This document shows, piece by piece, positions 1 to 12,313 of a DNA stretch of 64,000 nucleotides (the first letter of the stretch is position 1; the number at the start of each line of letters is the position of its first letter). The notes beneath the pieces were generated by a model that was not told where the DNA came from, ran no database searches, and saw nothing but the letters and a program-made list of their open reading frames with translations. The translations under genes and the position numbers were made by a program. Source of the stretch: Octopus sinensis (Eukaryota); NCBI RefSeq assembly GCF_006345805.1, contig NC_042999.1, positions 2,976,001-3,040,000 on the forward strand, written 5' to 3'.

Positions 1-292
1 ATGATAAAACACTGAACTCGTGTTACCCCCGCAAATGTACCCCCTTTACAAAATGCTATGTCGTAACCTTGACTAAGATATTCATCTCTCTTTGGCTGGA
101 ATTACGCTCATATATCATTTACGCAGAACAAACCTGAGATACTTGACTATAAAAGATCGCCAAACATACTTACCGGAGTGCATTTTGCTGCGGTCGCTTG
201 ATCTCATTTTTGCAGGAATTTTTGTTGGGTGTTCAGTTTTCACGTCTGTCGTCCCCATCTCTAGCTGTCTGTCATACTCTTTTCACACCCCT

Positions 293-490
293 ATCATCAT
301 CATTATCGTTTAATGTCCGCTTTCCATGATAGCATGGGTTGGACGATTTTGACTGAGGGCTGGTGAACCAGATGGCTGCACCAGGCTCCAATCTTGATCT
401 GGCAGAGTTTCTACAGCTGGATGCCCTTCCTAATGCCAACCACTCCAAGAGTGTAGTGGGTGCTTTTACGTGTCACCGGCATGGGGGCCA
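293..490 (-). mobile_element. RTE-LINE 3'-tail repeat (family B), partial
   Basis: Reverse complement of the 'ggcattaggaagggcatccagctgtagaaac...gttaaacgatgatgat' segment that ends the RTE fragment at 22530-22757. Other copies lie at about 893-1010, 7380-7560, 9850-9930, 36650-36762 and 56308-56356. Confidence 0.8.
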
Positions 491-532
491 CACCCTGCCC
501 TTTCACATTCTCTATCCTTATTCCCTCTTTGT

Positions 533-756
533 GAAGGCACATGGCTTAGTCGTTAATATATTCGTCTCATGATCATAAGGTCACGAGTTCAATTCCTGGT
601 GGTGCATTGTGACCTTGAGCAAGGCACTTTATTTTATGTTGCTCTAGTCCACTTGGCTAGCAGAAATGACTGGTACCTGTAATTCAAAAAAAAGGGCCAG
701 CTTTTACAATATACTGTCACACTGAATCTTCCTGAGATCTATGTTAAGGGTACATA
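533..756 (+). mobile_element. tRNA-derived SINE (family C)
   Basis: A-box-like 'tggcttagtcgtta' and B-box-like 'gagttcaattcc', then 'ccttgagcaaggcacttt'. Related copies at ~54806-55120 (+) and ~41700-42000 (-). Confidence 0.65.
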
Positions 757-880
757 GGCGTAGGAGTGGCTGTGTGGTAAGTAGCTTGCTTACAAACCAC
801 ATGGTTCTGGGTTCAGTCCCACTGCGTGGCACCTTGGGCAAGTGTCTTCTGCTATAGCCTCCGGCTGACCAAAGCCTTGG
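757..880 (+). mobile_element. SINE family A, 5' part
   Basis: 'ggcgtaggagtggctgtgtggtaagtagcttgc...gggttcagtcccactgcgtggcaccttgggcaagtg' matches the head of the full-length copy at 48783. Confidence 0.8.
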
Positions 881-1239
881 GACCCACGCCAGGTTCCATT
901 GTCTGTTTCAAGCATGGTTTCAACAGCTGGATGCCCTTCCTAATGCCAACCACTCTACAGACTGTGCTGGGTGCTGTTTTTACGTAGCACCAGCACTGAC
1001 CAAATTACCAAGTACCTCAAAAGACAAAAACCCTTCACCTGACAGGAAGGGGGAAAATAGGTGTTAAATGATGTCGGTGATGATGATGATGATGGTCCAG
1101 TTAATTTGCTGAACACCTACTCATGCTAACATCAAACATGCTAACGTTTGGCCTATGAAGGCGATATGGCTGTTATTTTTAGCAGATTGAGTGACTGCAT
1201 AAAGGCTTCCTCGTGGGTTGTAATGCAGTTTTATTGTTA

Positions 1240-2035
1240 ATACAACAACTAAAGTTGTTGTTGTTGTTTCTGTTGTTGTTATTGTTGTTACTGTTCTTCT
1301 TATTGATCTTGTGGTTCATATCACTGTTGTTGTTGATGATGGTGACAGCAATGATGATCAGGAGAAGGAGGATGATGATGACAGCAATAACGATTAGGAT
1401 GGTGATGAGGATGATGACGACGATGATGATGAGGAGGAGGAGGAAGAGGAGGATGACGACAATGATGGTGATGAGGATGATGACAATGGAGATGACAGCG
1501 ATGATGATGACGTCGATGATGAGGAGGAGGACAATGACAACAACGAGGAGGAGGACAATGTTGACAATGATGAGGACGATGATGACAAAGAAGTTGATGA
1601 TGGCAGCAATAAGGATGACAAGGGTGATGAGAATAATGATGACTATGATGCTGACGATGAAGATGATGACCGTGACAGCAAAGACGATGAGACTAACGAC
1701 AACAATGCCAATGAGAATGATGACAACGATGATGATGGTGGTGACAATGATGATTATGATCATAACGATGATAGCAATGATGATGATGATGGCAATGACA
1801 GCAATGATATGATGATGATGATGTCGACGACTACGAAGATTCCAAAGCTGAAGAGGGGAATATTGATGATGTTGATGATGACAACAACTACGATAACAAC
1901 AACAATGATGGTGATGATGAAGATGAAGATGATGGTGATGGTGGTCATCGTCGTGATGATGATGATGATGATGAGGATGATTTTGAGGAGGAGGAGGATG
2001 ATGATGAGGAGGAGGTTGAGGAGGATGGCGTTGTT
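1240..2035. repeat. Degenerate trinucleotide tract (GTT/GAT/GAC/GAG)n
   Basis: Directly visible; explains the low-complexity ORFs at 1179-2078. Confidence 0.9.
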
Positions 2036-2630
2036 TTTTAACCTTAATCTTCAGGAAATTAATTTTCACATTGTCTGATAATTAAATCGGACATTTAAAA
2101 AAATTCCGAAGCTCATTTGCATCCAATTTAATCCTGTTAATTCCATCTAATGAAAAAGTCAGTAAATTTATATTCTACGGGTACCTGAGAGTGAACCAAT
2201 AAGGTCGAAGGTTCATATCCTGGTTCTGACATTTTGTTGTATCCATGTCCAGAATGGTTAACTGCAAACGGTCAAGATCACCCGAAATGGTTGTTGGTGA
2301 TGATGTTGTTGATAATATTATTGCTGTTGTTTAAGTGTTGTTTGAATACATCCCCATCATCACTTCAGAGATAACTGAAGTTTCTTGGTAAAGTATACAA
2401 AAGCCCTGAACCCTTCAATACTGAATTGCAAGAGAAATAGGTCCTTATTCTAAAGGAAGGTGAAACATATGGTACTATTCAGTTGGGTTGGTAGAGCTTA
2501 AAGTCCTGAAGTTAAGCGCTAGACCATCCAGGATCCTATATATATATATATATATATATGAAACGGTGGTGCCCCAGCATGGCTGTAGCTGTGAAACTGA
2601 AACAATTTAAAGATATATATGAATAATACC

Positions 2631-2828
2631 CAGGGCTGCTGAAAAATTCCCAGCCTTCAGTAAAAGAAAATACTGGAAACACAGTTAATTGTGATTTTTT
2701 TCAACTTTTTCAAACAATTATTGCAGTGGTCCTTCAGTTTTTCTAAGCCCTATAAAAGAACTCGGAAGGTTGGGTCTCAACCCAGTCTTTCACGAGACCC
2801 TTAAAGCCAAGAACTTTTCAACACTCTG
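2631..2828. mobile_element. Tc1/mariner-like MITE, degenerate
   Basis: Imperfect terminal inverted repeats: 'cagggctgctgaaaaattcccagcctt' and 'aaagccaagaacttttcaacactctg'. Confidence 0.55.
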
Positions 2829-3389
2829 TTGTACGTCTGTGTGTGTGTGTGTTTGCATTTATCCCCTGCTGCCGATTGCCATCTGGTGTCGGTGTGTTTA
2901 TGACCCTGTAACAGGGTTTCAGCAGAAAGTGACAAATAGAATAAGTGCCAGGATTTGGAAAACAAGTACAAGGGTCAATTCATTTGAGTAAAGTTCTTCA
3001 AGGTGGTGCCTCAGAATTGCCACAGTCTAATGACATCGAACAAGTAAAATATATATAATCAGTCACCATTCAAACAGCCAACTCCATGACTCTAATCATT
3101 TCATATGAGGATTAAGATCAAAGAATTACAAATATAAGTTTTGATATTTATACATAACACAAAACGTTAAATAGTGGGAAATTCTTCCCATATTTTCTTC
3201 CTTGTAGATGCACAGAAGATAGCATGGAACCGCAAACAAGCTGTGATCCTTGTGCAACCATCGCACAGTGTAAGAGTGCACATTTTGATGCAAGTCTGAT
3301 GAAGTGCCACTCCACTAATCAGTCACAAATATTCCATAGCTTTCTATAAGATCATTTGTGCAATGGTATTAAGAGTGAAGCATATCAGA

Positions 3390-4068
3390 ACTAGCTGTCA
3401 AGAGTGAGACAAGTCAGTTTATCAGCCGAGTCTATCATCAATATTGTCATGCCTCCTTCCTTCAAATGGGAAGGAAGAGCTATTTTCATCATCCTTGTGG
3501 CTATGGCGAAAGAATGTATCTGGTGGACGCGTCTGAAAGGATTGGAGACAAACACTTTCCTCTCTGGTCAATCTCTCATCAACTTCTTCAAGTATCACTT
3601 GGAAAGGAAAGTGAGAGTAGAGAGGCAAGTTTTGTCTAGCGAATGTTTTAAAAAAAGATGGGTAAATGTAGCAAGGATGGCACGTATGAATGACGAAGCC
3701 ACCTTGAGCATAATCCTATGAACCCAGATATTTAAAACGGAGGGTTACCTACTTGCAAACAAATGTGGTAACATGTAACAATATTGACCGAGGTTAACGT
3801 GGTCTTTTCCATAGGCTTTTCTTCCCACGAATAAACCTTACTTGCTTTCACCTTTACACCATACGTCATAACACTGTGATACGCGATCCCTATTGATCGT
3901 TTTTTTCTCTTGTTTCTTTTTCTCTTTTTTCCTTCTTCTACTTTTCCTTTTACAATCCCTTTTGATCGAAAACCTACCCCACCTTTTTTTTTCTTTCCCC
4001 AAATAAGAAAAGCTCTACTTTGTAATCTGTCCCATCTGTGTGCAGCCTGTGTGGCTAATAAAGAAACA
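3390..4068 (+). mobile_element. Tx1/L1-clade LINE 3' end (ORF2 C-terminus plus 3' UTR)
   Basis: ORF 3404-3721 has 'AKECIWWTR' and 'FKKRW', typical of L1/Tx1 ORF2 C-termini. It is followed by a pyrimidine-rich UTR ending 'gtggctaataaagaaac'. Confidence 0.65.
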
Positions 4069-4129
4069 TATCTATCTATCTGTCTATCTATCATCTATTC
4101 ATCCATCCATCCATCAATCCATCCATCCA

Positions 4130-4186
<57 letters not shown>

Positions 4187-4251
4187 TGATAAAAATGGCA
4201 AGACAACAAAAGAATGAAAGAGACCTCGATATTATGTAAATAGAGGAATTT

Positions 4252-4433
4252 ATCTGTAAATGTAATATGTGACAATTATTCAGTAGCCATGATAAAACTC
4301 CGAGTTTCAGATGCCAAGGTGGAAATCCACACCGCCATCTCTTCAGTTATCCGGCATGGATTTCCACCTTGGCATCCGAAATTTGGAGTTTTATCATGGC
4401 TACCAAATAATTGTCAAATATTACATTTACAGA
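4252..4433. repeat. Fold-back repeat with ~78-bp arms, Penelope pseudo-LTR-like
   Basis: 4252-4329 is the near-perfect reverse complement of 4357-4433, between (TA)n tracts. Confidence 0.85.
4291..4351 (-). ncRNA. Type I hammerhead ribozyme-like motif
   Basis: Minus strand: gataa-CTGAAGA-gatg...catc-t-GAAA-ctcggag-T-T-ttatc. Perfect 5-bp stem I (gataa/ttatc), stem II gatg/catc, short self-complementary stem III, GUU triplet. Confidence 0.55.
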
Positions 4434-4469
4434 CATATATATATATATATTCAAACATATGCATAATGT

Positions 4470-4860
4470 GGAGAATATACAGCCAGTGTTGCCCAAGCGA
4501 CCTAAACATTAACTTCACGGTTCATCCAAGGCTGGGACCATGGGCCATATGTCCCGTACCCAATTCAGGATCACAACATATAAGTACACTGTGACACAAT
4601 TTCTTTTCCTCAACAGGCCCTACTCTGTTTAACATTGTCCCAAAATTGATTAAAGAGGAAAAGGATCCCATCACCTTTAAACAGAGTCTGGACAGATTTC
4701 TTCAATGAATACCAGATAAGCCACCAATACCTTGATACAATTCACTACTTGAATGGACTATAATACCACAAAACTTGATTTAAAAAGGATTTAGATAATC
4801 CTATCAGTTGGTGCTAATAAGTTAGACATGGCCTGGACCAATCTTTGGTCGAAACATATC
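4470..4860 (+). mobile_element. CR1-group LINE 3' fragment
   Basis: Translates through stops to 'HPRLGP...NFFSSTGPTLFNIVPKLIK...FKQSLDRFLQ*IPDKP', a CR1/L2-group ORF2 C-terminal pattern. Confidence 0.6.
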
Positions 4861-4877
4861 TAAGTTTTATATATATA

Positions 4878-5262
4878 CTAGCAGTATCGCCCGGCGTTGC
4901 TCAGGTTTGTAAGGGAAATAACTATAAAGCATTTTTAGAGAGTTATAGCCAAAATATAGCAAAAAAATGGAAAAAAATGATGGTAAATTTTTTTTAAAGT
5001 TAAAAAAGGTGGAGTTGCGTCCCCTAGACAGTTTGTGGTTTGTGTTTGTGATTCTCGACCCCATGTCGAATTTATCGATTTTTTTCAGAACTGGGGGAAC
5101 TTTTCAAAATTTTCGCTGCGTTAGTTTTGAATTATGACATTGGGCTATGTGTGTGTGTCAAGTTTCATCAGAATCGTGTTGAAGCCGTGGTCAGGGTGAG
5201 GGTACAAGCAAACAGACACACAGAAACACGCACAGACAAACTGCCGTTTATATAGAGAGAGA
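4878..5262 (-). mobile_element. Non-autonomous Helitron
   Basis: On the minus strand it starts 5'-TC (5262) and ends CTAG-3' (4878), with a subterminal GC hairpin (cgcc-g-ggcg). It sits between A and T with no TSD. Confidence 0.75.
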
Positions 5263-5761
5263 TATAAATATATTTATATATATATTTCCTCTAGTTTCAG
5301 CTCAGAGCTGTGGCCATGCTGAAGCATCGCCATTTGCTGAAATAAACACAACTGAAAACAATACCTCTGCCTTCACTGAGGCAGAGATAATAAAGGAGAT
5401 TTTTGATGATTTGAGCCAGAAACAGAGAATATGTTATCTTAAAGGACTATTTGAAAAAGATTTTCATCAAAATGGAACCTGTCGGCTAGAGAGAGAGAGA
5501 GAGATTCTAAATGTACGCAGTCCAAGTGATGCTTGGGAGAATAAAGGAGAGAAAGGTGTAGGGGAGTCAGCTGGAGCATGTTGCATGAAAGGGAGTGAGG
5601 GGAAGAGGTAGTAAAAGACTAGAAGGGAGACTGTGAGGGAGAGGGTAAAAGAAAGCAAGAGAAACAATGTTATACGCACACACACACATATATGTAATAT
5701 ATACATATACACACTCACATATACTTGCAGCTATGCATATGTATCTTTTATCTTTTTTTAT

Positions 5762-5953
5762 CTTTTACTTGTTTCAGTCATTGACTGTGGCCATGCTGGA
5801 GCACGCCTTTAGTCGAGCAAACGACCCGGGATATTCTTTGTAAGCCCAGTGACTTATTTATTCTTCGCTCTTTTGCCGACGAACCGCTAAGTAACGAGGA
5901 CGTAAACACACCAGCATCGGTTGTCAAGCAATGCTAGGGGGACAAACACACAA

Positions 5954-5984
<31 letters not shown>

Positions 5985-6147
5985 CGACAGGCTTCTTTCA
6001 GTTTCCGTCTACCAAATCCACTCACAAGGCATTGGTCGGCCCGGGGCTATAGCAGAAGACACTTGCCCAAGATGCCACGCAGTGGGACTGAACCCGGAGC
6101 CATGTGGTTGGTTAGCAAGCTACTTACCACACAGCCACTCCTGCGCC
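5762..6147 (-). mobile_element. SINE family A, near full length
   Basis: Colinear with 48783-49202 in reverse orientation, with an internal (CA)n(TA)n. Confidence 0.85.
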
Positions 6148-6782
6148 TAATATGTGTATATATATATATATTATATATATATGTATTTTATATATGTACA
6201 TGTATAAAATATCAGCTGTATTAATGCATTGTCTCTAACTCATGAACTTTCCTTTTCCTCTCTCTCTTTTCTTCCCCTTTCCTCACTTCTCTCCCCTCCT
6301 TCTTACCGCCCCCCTCTCTTTTTTCTTTCTTCCTCACCCTCTTTCTTTCTCTTCCCCCCCCCCAACATTTATTACATTAACATCACTTCCTTTACTGAGA
6401 TTAATCAGGATTTATTTGATTTATTTTTTAACCGACAGAAACTATAAAAAAAAAACATAAAATAAAAAATAAAACTTACATTTAAAAAAATACCCATAGA
6501 AAATTGAAAAGTTCCTTTCGTTTTTTTTTTTTTTCAGCTTGGCAGAAAATTTTTCTTAGAGTGGAACCAATTCCAGCAAGATGCGAGTAGGGAAATTTGG
6601 ATATTTCTACTTCCCAACCTCTGTTGCATGCAATAAATTTTAGGGAGATAAAAAAAGAATACTCTGAATTGTTACTCTTTTGTCAACTAATAGTTAATTT
6701 AGAAATGTTTCTTTACTCTCCGTCTCTCTCTTTCTCTCTCATTCACTTTATATCTTTCATTCTTACCCTATTTTTCTTTTTC

Positions 6783-6823
6783 CTATATATACATACATAT
6801 ATATATATATGTATATGTGTATG

Positions 6824-6863
<40 letters not shown>

Positions 6864-6887
6864 AATATATATATATGTATGTATATA

Positions 6888-6936
<49 letters not shown>

Positions 6937-6940
6937 TTAC

Positions 6941-6978
<38 letters not shown>

Positions 6979-6992
6979 TTACATATATATAC

Positions 6993-7078
<86 letters not shown>

Positions 7079-7162
7079 ATATATATATATACATATATAT
7101 ACATGTATATATACTTACATATATATATATATATATATACTTACATATATATATATATATAT
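6783..7162. repeat. (TA)n-rich microsatellite
   Basis: Directly visible. Confidence 0.95.
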
Positions 7163-8104
7163 TTCTATCAAAATGTGAGAATTTTCAGGCTCCAGTCAAA
7201 AGCAAGACAGTTGTGGCATAGAGACATATAGATTTCAATCAACTTGTGGAAATCAGAAAGATCTGTGAAAGCTTTCAAATATAAACCATCTAAAAGGCTT
7301 TCAATGCATTTTCAATTTATTGCATGCATACACATGCATGTGTGTGCTGGTGTCTGTGTTTGTGCATGCAAATATATCATCATCAAATAACATCGTTTTT
7401 TTATGCTGACGTAGGTTGGATTATTCAATAGGAACCACTGAACCAAAGGGCTGTGCCTCCCCACAATCACTGTTTTGACATGATTTCTATGGCTGGATGC
7501 CCTTCCTAATGGCAACCACTTTCCAGAATGTGCTGGGTGCTTGTTGATGCTAGTTGGGTTACCAATTACTCGCAAGAGGAAACGCATCAACAAAGTGGGG
7601 CATAGTATTGAAAGATGTGAAAATATATATTTGTGAGCATGAGACTATCTACATTACCTCACACATACACACATGCATTAATTCGAATTTATAAATATAT
7701 ACACATGTATGTCCATGCATACAATGTGCACATACACATACTGGTTCACATAACGACACCTGTATTATGCATGTTGAGTGTGTGCACTTAATAGTGCATA
7801 TTTATGCGTATTTACACATCTATACATGATTGCAGACTTTCACGTAGTGTTTCTCATATTTTGGCATCAAACTTGGTCCATGGAGTTGTTATAAATTCAT
7901 AGGATTCTGTATTTATATGTTTGTGGGTATATTCACACACAAATTTGCATATATATCGATTCTGTGAATCATGCGGTGTCATATGCATAAGTATATATAG
8001 ACATATATGTACATACACATGCACATACAAATATATATACAAACACACACACGCACATATATATATATGTGTACACACACATACACATCTCTTTACTGTT
8101 TACT

Positions 8105-8514
8105 CTCTTTTACTTGTTTCAGTCATTTGACTGTGGCCATGCTGGAGCACTGCCTTTAGTCAAGCAAATCAACTCCAGGGCTTATTCTTTGTAAGCCTAG
8201 TACTTATTCTATCGTTTTTTTTTTGCTGAACTGCTAAGTTACGGGGACGCAAACACACCAGCATCGGTTGTCTAACAATGTTGAGGGAACAAACACAGAC
8301 ACACAAACACACACACACACATATATATATACATATACATATATGCATATACGACGGGCTTCTTTCAGTTTCCATCTGCCAAATCCACTCACAAGGCTTT
8401 GATTGTTCAGTGGCTATAGAAGAAGAAACTTACCCAAGGTGCCATGCAGTGGGATTGAACCCGGAACCATGTGGTTTGTAAGCAAGCTACTTACCACACA
8501 GCCACTCCTGTGCC
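8105..8514 (-). mobile_element. SINE family A, full length, CpG-decayed
   Basis: Colinear with 48783-49202 in reverse orientation. Confidence 0.85.
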
Positions 8515-8829
8515 TATTCTTCTTGTATCTGCATTAATCATTTTGTTTGTGTTTGGATATGTTCTCATAATTGTGGTGTTCCACGTATTTTGACTTCAAA
8601 CTTGGTTCATGAGATTATAATCTCATACAGCTGTGGATTCAAAAGTTTGTGTATATCATGTGATACCATGAATATGCATGATGCCCATATATTTGTGAGA
8701 TGAGGAAGTACAGTTTATGTTTATGGAGGCATGAATCTTTTATGTATATAGTTCATATAATGCATATAATTGGTGATCTGAGAAAAACCTCTCCAGGTTA
8801 GAAGGCTGGCAAACTGAGTGGGAGGCAGA

Positions 8830-9260
8830 GTCTGGTTTGAAATTTCTAAATGTGGAATGTTGCTTACACATGTAGGGGAGAAGGCTTCATTTCTAATTTT
8901 TAAAATATTCGCTTTTGATATCATAACGCTTAATTTTTCAGTGATGCAAAGCTTGCATTTGCTGTCCCGTCCCTTATATTTGTTAACCTTAGAAATAATG
9001 CAAAGGTTACCTAGCTGTTGCTTGTGTTTCTCTCTTTCTGTGTCCATACAATGTTTGATAGAGACGTTGTGAGTCTTTTGAAGCCAAATGTGGTGTATAT
9101 CTTTCTTTGAAGCTGCTTCCTGTTATCCTGGTTGGGGATTTTCTTATTCCATTTGAATCTGAAATGTTGGCCATGTACAATAGTTTTTTTTTTTTTCCAG
9201 CCACCTGTTATTTAGTCAGAGGATATTTGCCTGGAGATCTACAATTACAGGACCTTTGGG
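8830..9260 (-). mobile_element. Penelope-like element, GIY-YIG endonuclease remnant
   Basis: Frameshifted translation 'TCNCR..YPL...LLYMANI...ITGSSFKERYTPHLAS...IISKVNKYKGRDSKCKLCITEKL...NILKIRNE' follows the PLE endonuclease pattern (CNCR..CPL, FK.RY..H..SF, C.LCL.EK, LN.R.E). Confidence 0.75.
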
Positions 9261-9357
9261 GGATATGACTGATATTATTATTTTTTATTGTGGTTGAATA
9301 TAATCGACCCTGTATTAGGGTAAAAGCTAACTTTAACCTTCTTTCTAGTGAAATTGA

Positions 9358-9831
9358 AATCTGGCCCACAGATTAAAATTTTTTTTAAACTAAACAGTTT
9401 GAAACGTCATATACTAGTGTAATTTCTCATGCTGAACATGGTTTACTTTCAATATTTTTGACAAAATTTCGTATTTTAGAAGTTATTTCACATTAAAGTT
9501 GTGATATTTGGGTAGCTTTAACCAATCAGTGATGTGTATTCAGCTGAAGAAACATACTGCTGTTTGTGATAGTAATCAAAGAGCAACAAATTCTGGAAGT
9601 TCTTACTCTTTGATCACTATCACAAACAGCAGTAGCTTTCTTCAGCTGAATACACATCATTGATTGGTTAAAATTGCCCAAATACAACAACTTTAACATG
9701 AAATAACTTCTAAAATAAGAAATTTTGTCAAAAATGTTGAAAGTATACCATGTTCAGCATGAGAAATTACACCAATATATGAAGTTTCAAACTGTTTAGT
9801 TAAAAAAATAATTTAATCTGTCAGCCAAATT
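9358..9831. mobile_element. Large palindromic fold-back MITE (~236-bp arms)
   Basis: The left half is the reverse complement of the right half along its whole length, centred near 9594. Confidence 0.85.
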
Positions 9832-10045
9832 GAAGAGATCCAAATTGAACCTGGTTCAGCTCTCAGGCTTAACAGATCCTGTCGAACCATCTAATCCACG
9901 TCTGCATGGAAAACAGGCGTTAAATGACGAGGATAATAATATTAGTGATGGTGGTGGTGGTGGTTATACACTGAATGTTTGATGTACTTGAAGAAAATTG
10001 GTTTCTAAATAATAATCTGAAATTCTGTAATAATAAAAGCAACAT

Positions 10046-10122
10046 TTATCTAAAACAACCAGCGAAGACAGCCAGTTCTGATAGCTTTGGCACCAAATCC
10101 ATTAGATTATTTTCTAGTAAAA
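10046..10122 (-). CDS. Candidate terminal coding exon of an unidentified gene
   Basis: Strong acceptor 'tttttgttctctttcag|', then a phase-1 frame xLLENNLMDLVPKLSELAVFAGCFR* in non-repetitive DNA. No homologue recognised. Confidence 0.25.
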
Positions 10123-10296
10123 CTGAAAGAGAACAAAAAAATATGTTCAAAATGTAAAACTATACAAAAATAATATGTAATTTGGAATATGTAAGAGGAA
10201 AATATATGGGGGGGGGAAAAAACTAATAGAATTAGCTTGAAAGTAACAATGCCAACAGCATGACTAATAATAATAATAATAATGGTGGTGATGATG

Positions 10297-10328
<32 letters not shown>

Positions 10329-10566
10329 GAATAGCATCATCATCGTCGTAATCAATCGTAGTTACTGTATTTCCTATAAATCTTCTTTGCTTTTTTTCCT
10401 TTTCTTTTTCTTTTTATGTATTTATTCTTGCAGAAGTGCTGATGGATTATATAAATGAATGGTTGAGAGGAATTCATGTAGTAATAATTGCATTCTCTGA
10501 AATTTAGAAGAATTAACCATTTGTTGTTCCTGAAAGTGATCCAGCATAAATATTCAAGTTATTGAC

Positions 10567-11183
10567 ATGCTGCTGCTGCTTCTTCTTCTCTTCTTCTTCT
10601 TCTTCTTCTTCTTCTTCTTCTTCTTCTTCTTCTTCTTCTTCTTCTTCTCCTTTTTGTCTTCTGTCTTCTTCTTTCTTCTCCTTCTTTCTTCTTTTTCTTT
10701 TCTCCTTTTTTCATCTCCTTTTTCTATTTTTCTTCTCCTCCTTTTTCTTCTTCTTCTTCTTCTTCTCCTCCTCCTCCTCATTCTCATTCACCTTCTTCTC
10801 TTCCTCCCTTTTCTCCTTCTCCTCCTTCTCTTCTCCTTTTCTCATTATTCTTCTCATCCTTCTCCTCTTCTTTCTTTCCTCCTTCCCATCCTCCTTTTTT
10901 TCCTCCTTCATCTCCACTCTTCCCACTCATTCTGCTTCTCTTTTTTCTCCTTCCCTTTTTCCCCTTCTTGTTCTTTTCTTCATTTTTCTTCTTCTGCTTC
11001 TCTTCTCATCCTCCTCCTTGTTCTCTTCTTCTTCTTCTTCTTCTCTTCTCTTCTTCTTCTTCTTCTTCTTCTTCTTCCTGGTTCTTCCTGATTCTTCTTC
11101 TTCTTCTTCTTCTTCTTCTTCCTGATTCTTCCTGATTCTTCTTCTTCTTCATCTTCTTCTTCTTCTTCTTCTACTTCTTCTTC

Positions 11184-11215
<32 letters not shown>

Positions 11216-11250
11216 CTTCTACTTCTTTCTGATTCTTCCTGATTCTTCTC
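10567..11250. repeat. (TTC)n/(TCC)n polypyrimidine tract
   Basis: Directly visible. Confidence 0.95.
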
Positions 11251-11639
11251 CTGCTACAGAGGTTACTGTTATTCTTGTTTGTGACACCAAGTCAGCCTTG
11301 ATCAAGTACATCTATTCTTCTTGTTGTTGTTAAGGACCTTCCCAGCTCTTATCAAGCAGAACCATGATTAAATTTCAGCTGTACCTTGGTCTACATTACC
11401 CAGTGTCCCTTCTGTTTTTCAGATGGTAAGGGATGATTTTAGGGATTTTTGCATCTGTTTTCAGCTGATCAAAAGACAATAATAAACTCCTTTGTTAATT
11501 CAATCATCCTCTGTTGATTACAAACACACAGATACATCTTTAATCTGTATTTTTGTGATGAGAGTTTGACTAGCTGAGTCAGAAATGGAACAGCAACAAC
11601 CAGAATCACATTTAGGACATCTAAAACTGAGGAATGGAA

Positions 11640-12060
11640 TGGTGGAATCCACTTTGAATGCTTGCAACAGAAAGTGTTCTTCTAATGTCCTCCATCCCCA
11701 AAGAATGTTAAACCAGGAAACAGCTTTAGTCTGCCCTCCAAGAAGATAAACAACCTCTTTGACTGTATTGTATATAGTTTTCCATAGTCCACATTTAATT
11801 AGTGAAACCCAGCCTTTATAATTATGGCCAACAGAGAGCTCCTTCAGATACCCAAGGATCAGGTTATGGATATTAAACAAGGAAATATATTTATTTTCTC
11901 ATCCAAGAACAAAGAATACCTTTTTGACAATGTTTCCATCAACTAAATTTTATTGGCAAAACCCCACCTCAGACAAGAGGACTCTACTATAACCACCCAA
12001 GGATCAGGAGCTAATGTTAAACCAAGTGATGCAGTCTACCACTCCAAAACAAATACCTCT
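11640..12060 (-). mobile_element. Highly degenerate L1/Tx1-like LINE remnant (tentative)
   Basis: 'NLILG...LIKCGLWKT' resembles the L1/Tx1 ORF2 C-terminus; many stops. Confidence 0.3.
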
Positions 12061-12313
12061 TAAATAATATTGCCCACAGTTCCATTGGTCCTATTTCTTG
12101 GTTACAAGAATTATTTCTTGCGAGTTACCAAGTGGTATTATAAGTCAGGTTCTCCAAGACTTTGTCAACTGAATCCAAGATAATAAATAACTTATACATT
12201 AAATGACCCCTGCTTACAGGTAAATTGATAAATATCATTTAAAATACCTTTTAGAAATTTTGCATTTGGCTTCATTTACCTGAAGAATATACTTCATAAG
12301 CCTTCTTTTAAAT

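Noticed and set aside
1179-2078. Long ORFs (296, 199 aa) with poly-His/Ile/Met
   Set aside because: Translations of a degenerate trinucleotide tract in several frames.
6597-7231. YI/YT-repeat ORFs, also at 13146-13786, 23148-23912, 37630-38196 and 40128-40746
   Set aside because: Dinucleotide and tetranucleotide microsatellites lack stops by construction.
10554-11125. Poly-Ser/Phe/Lys/Arg ORFs, and poly-Ser/Leu/Val ORFs at 42085-42777
   Set aside because: (TTC)n and (ACT)n repeats.
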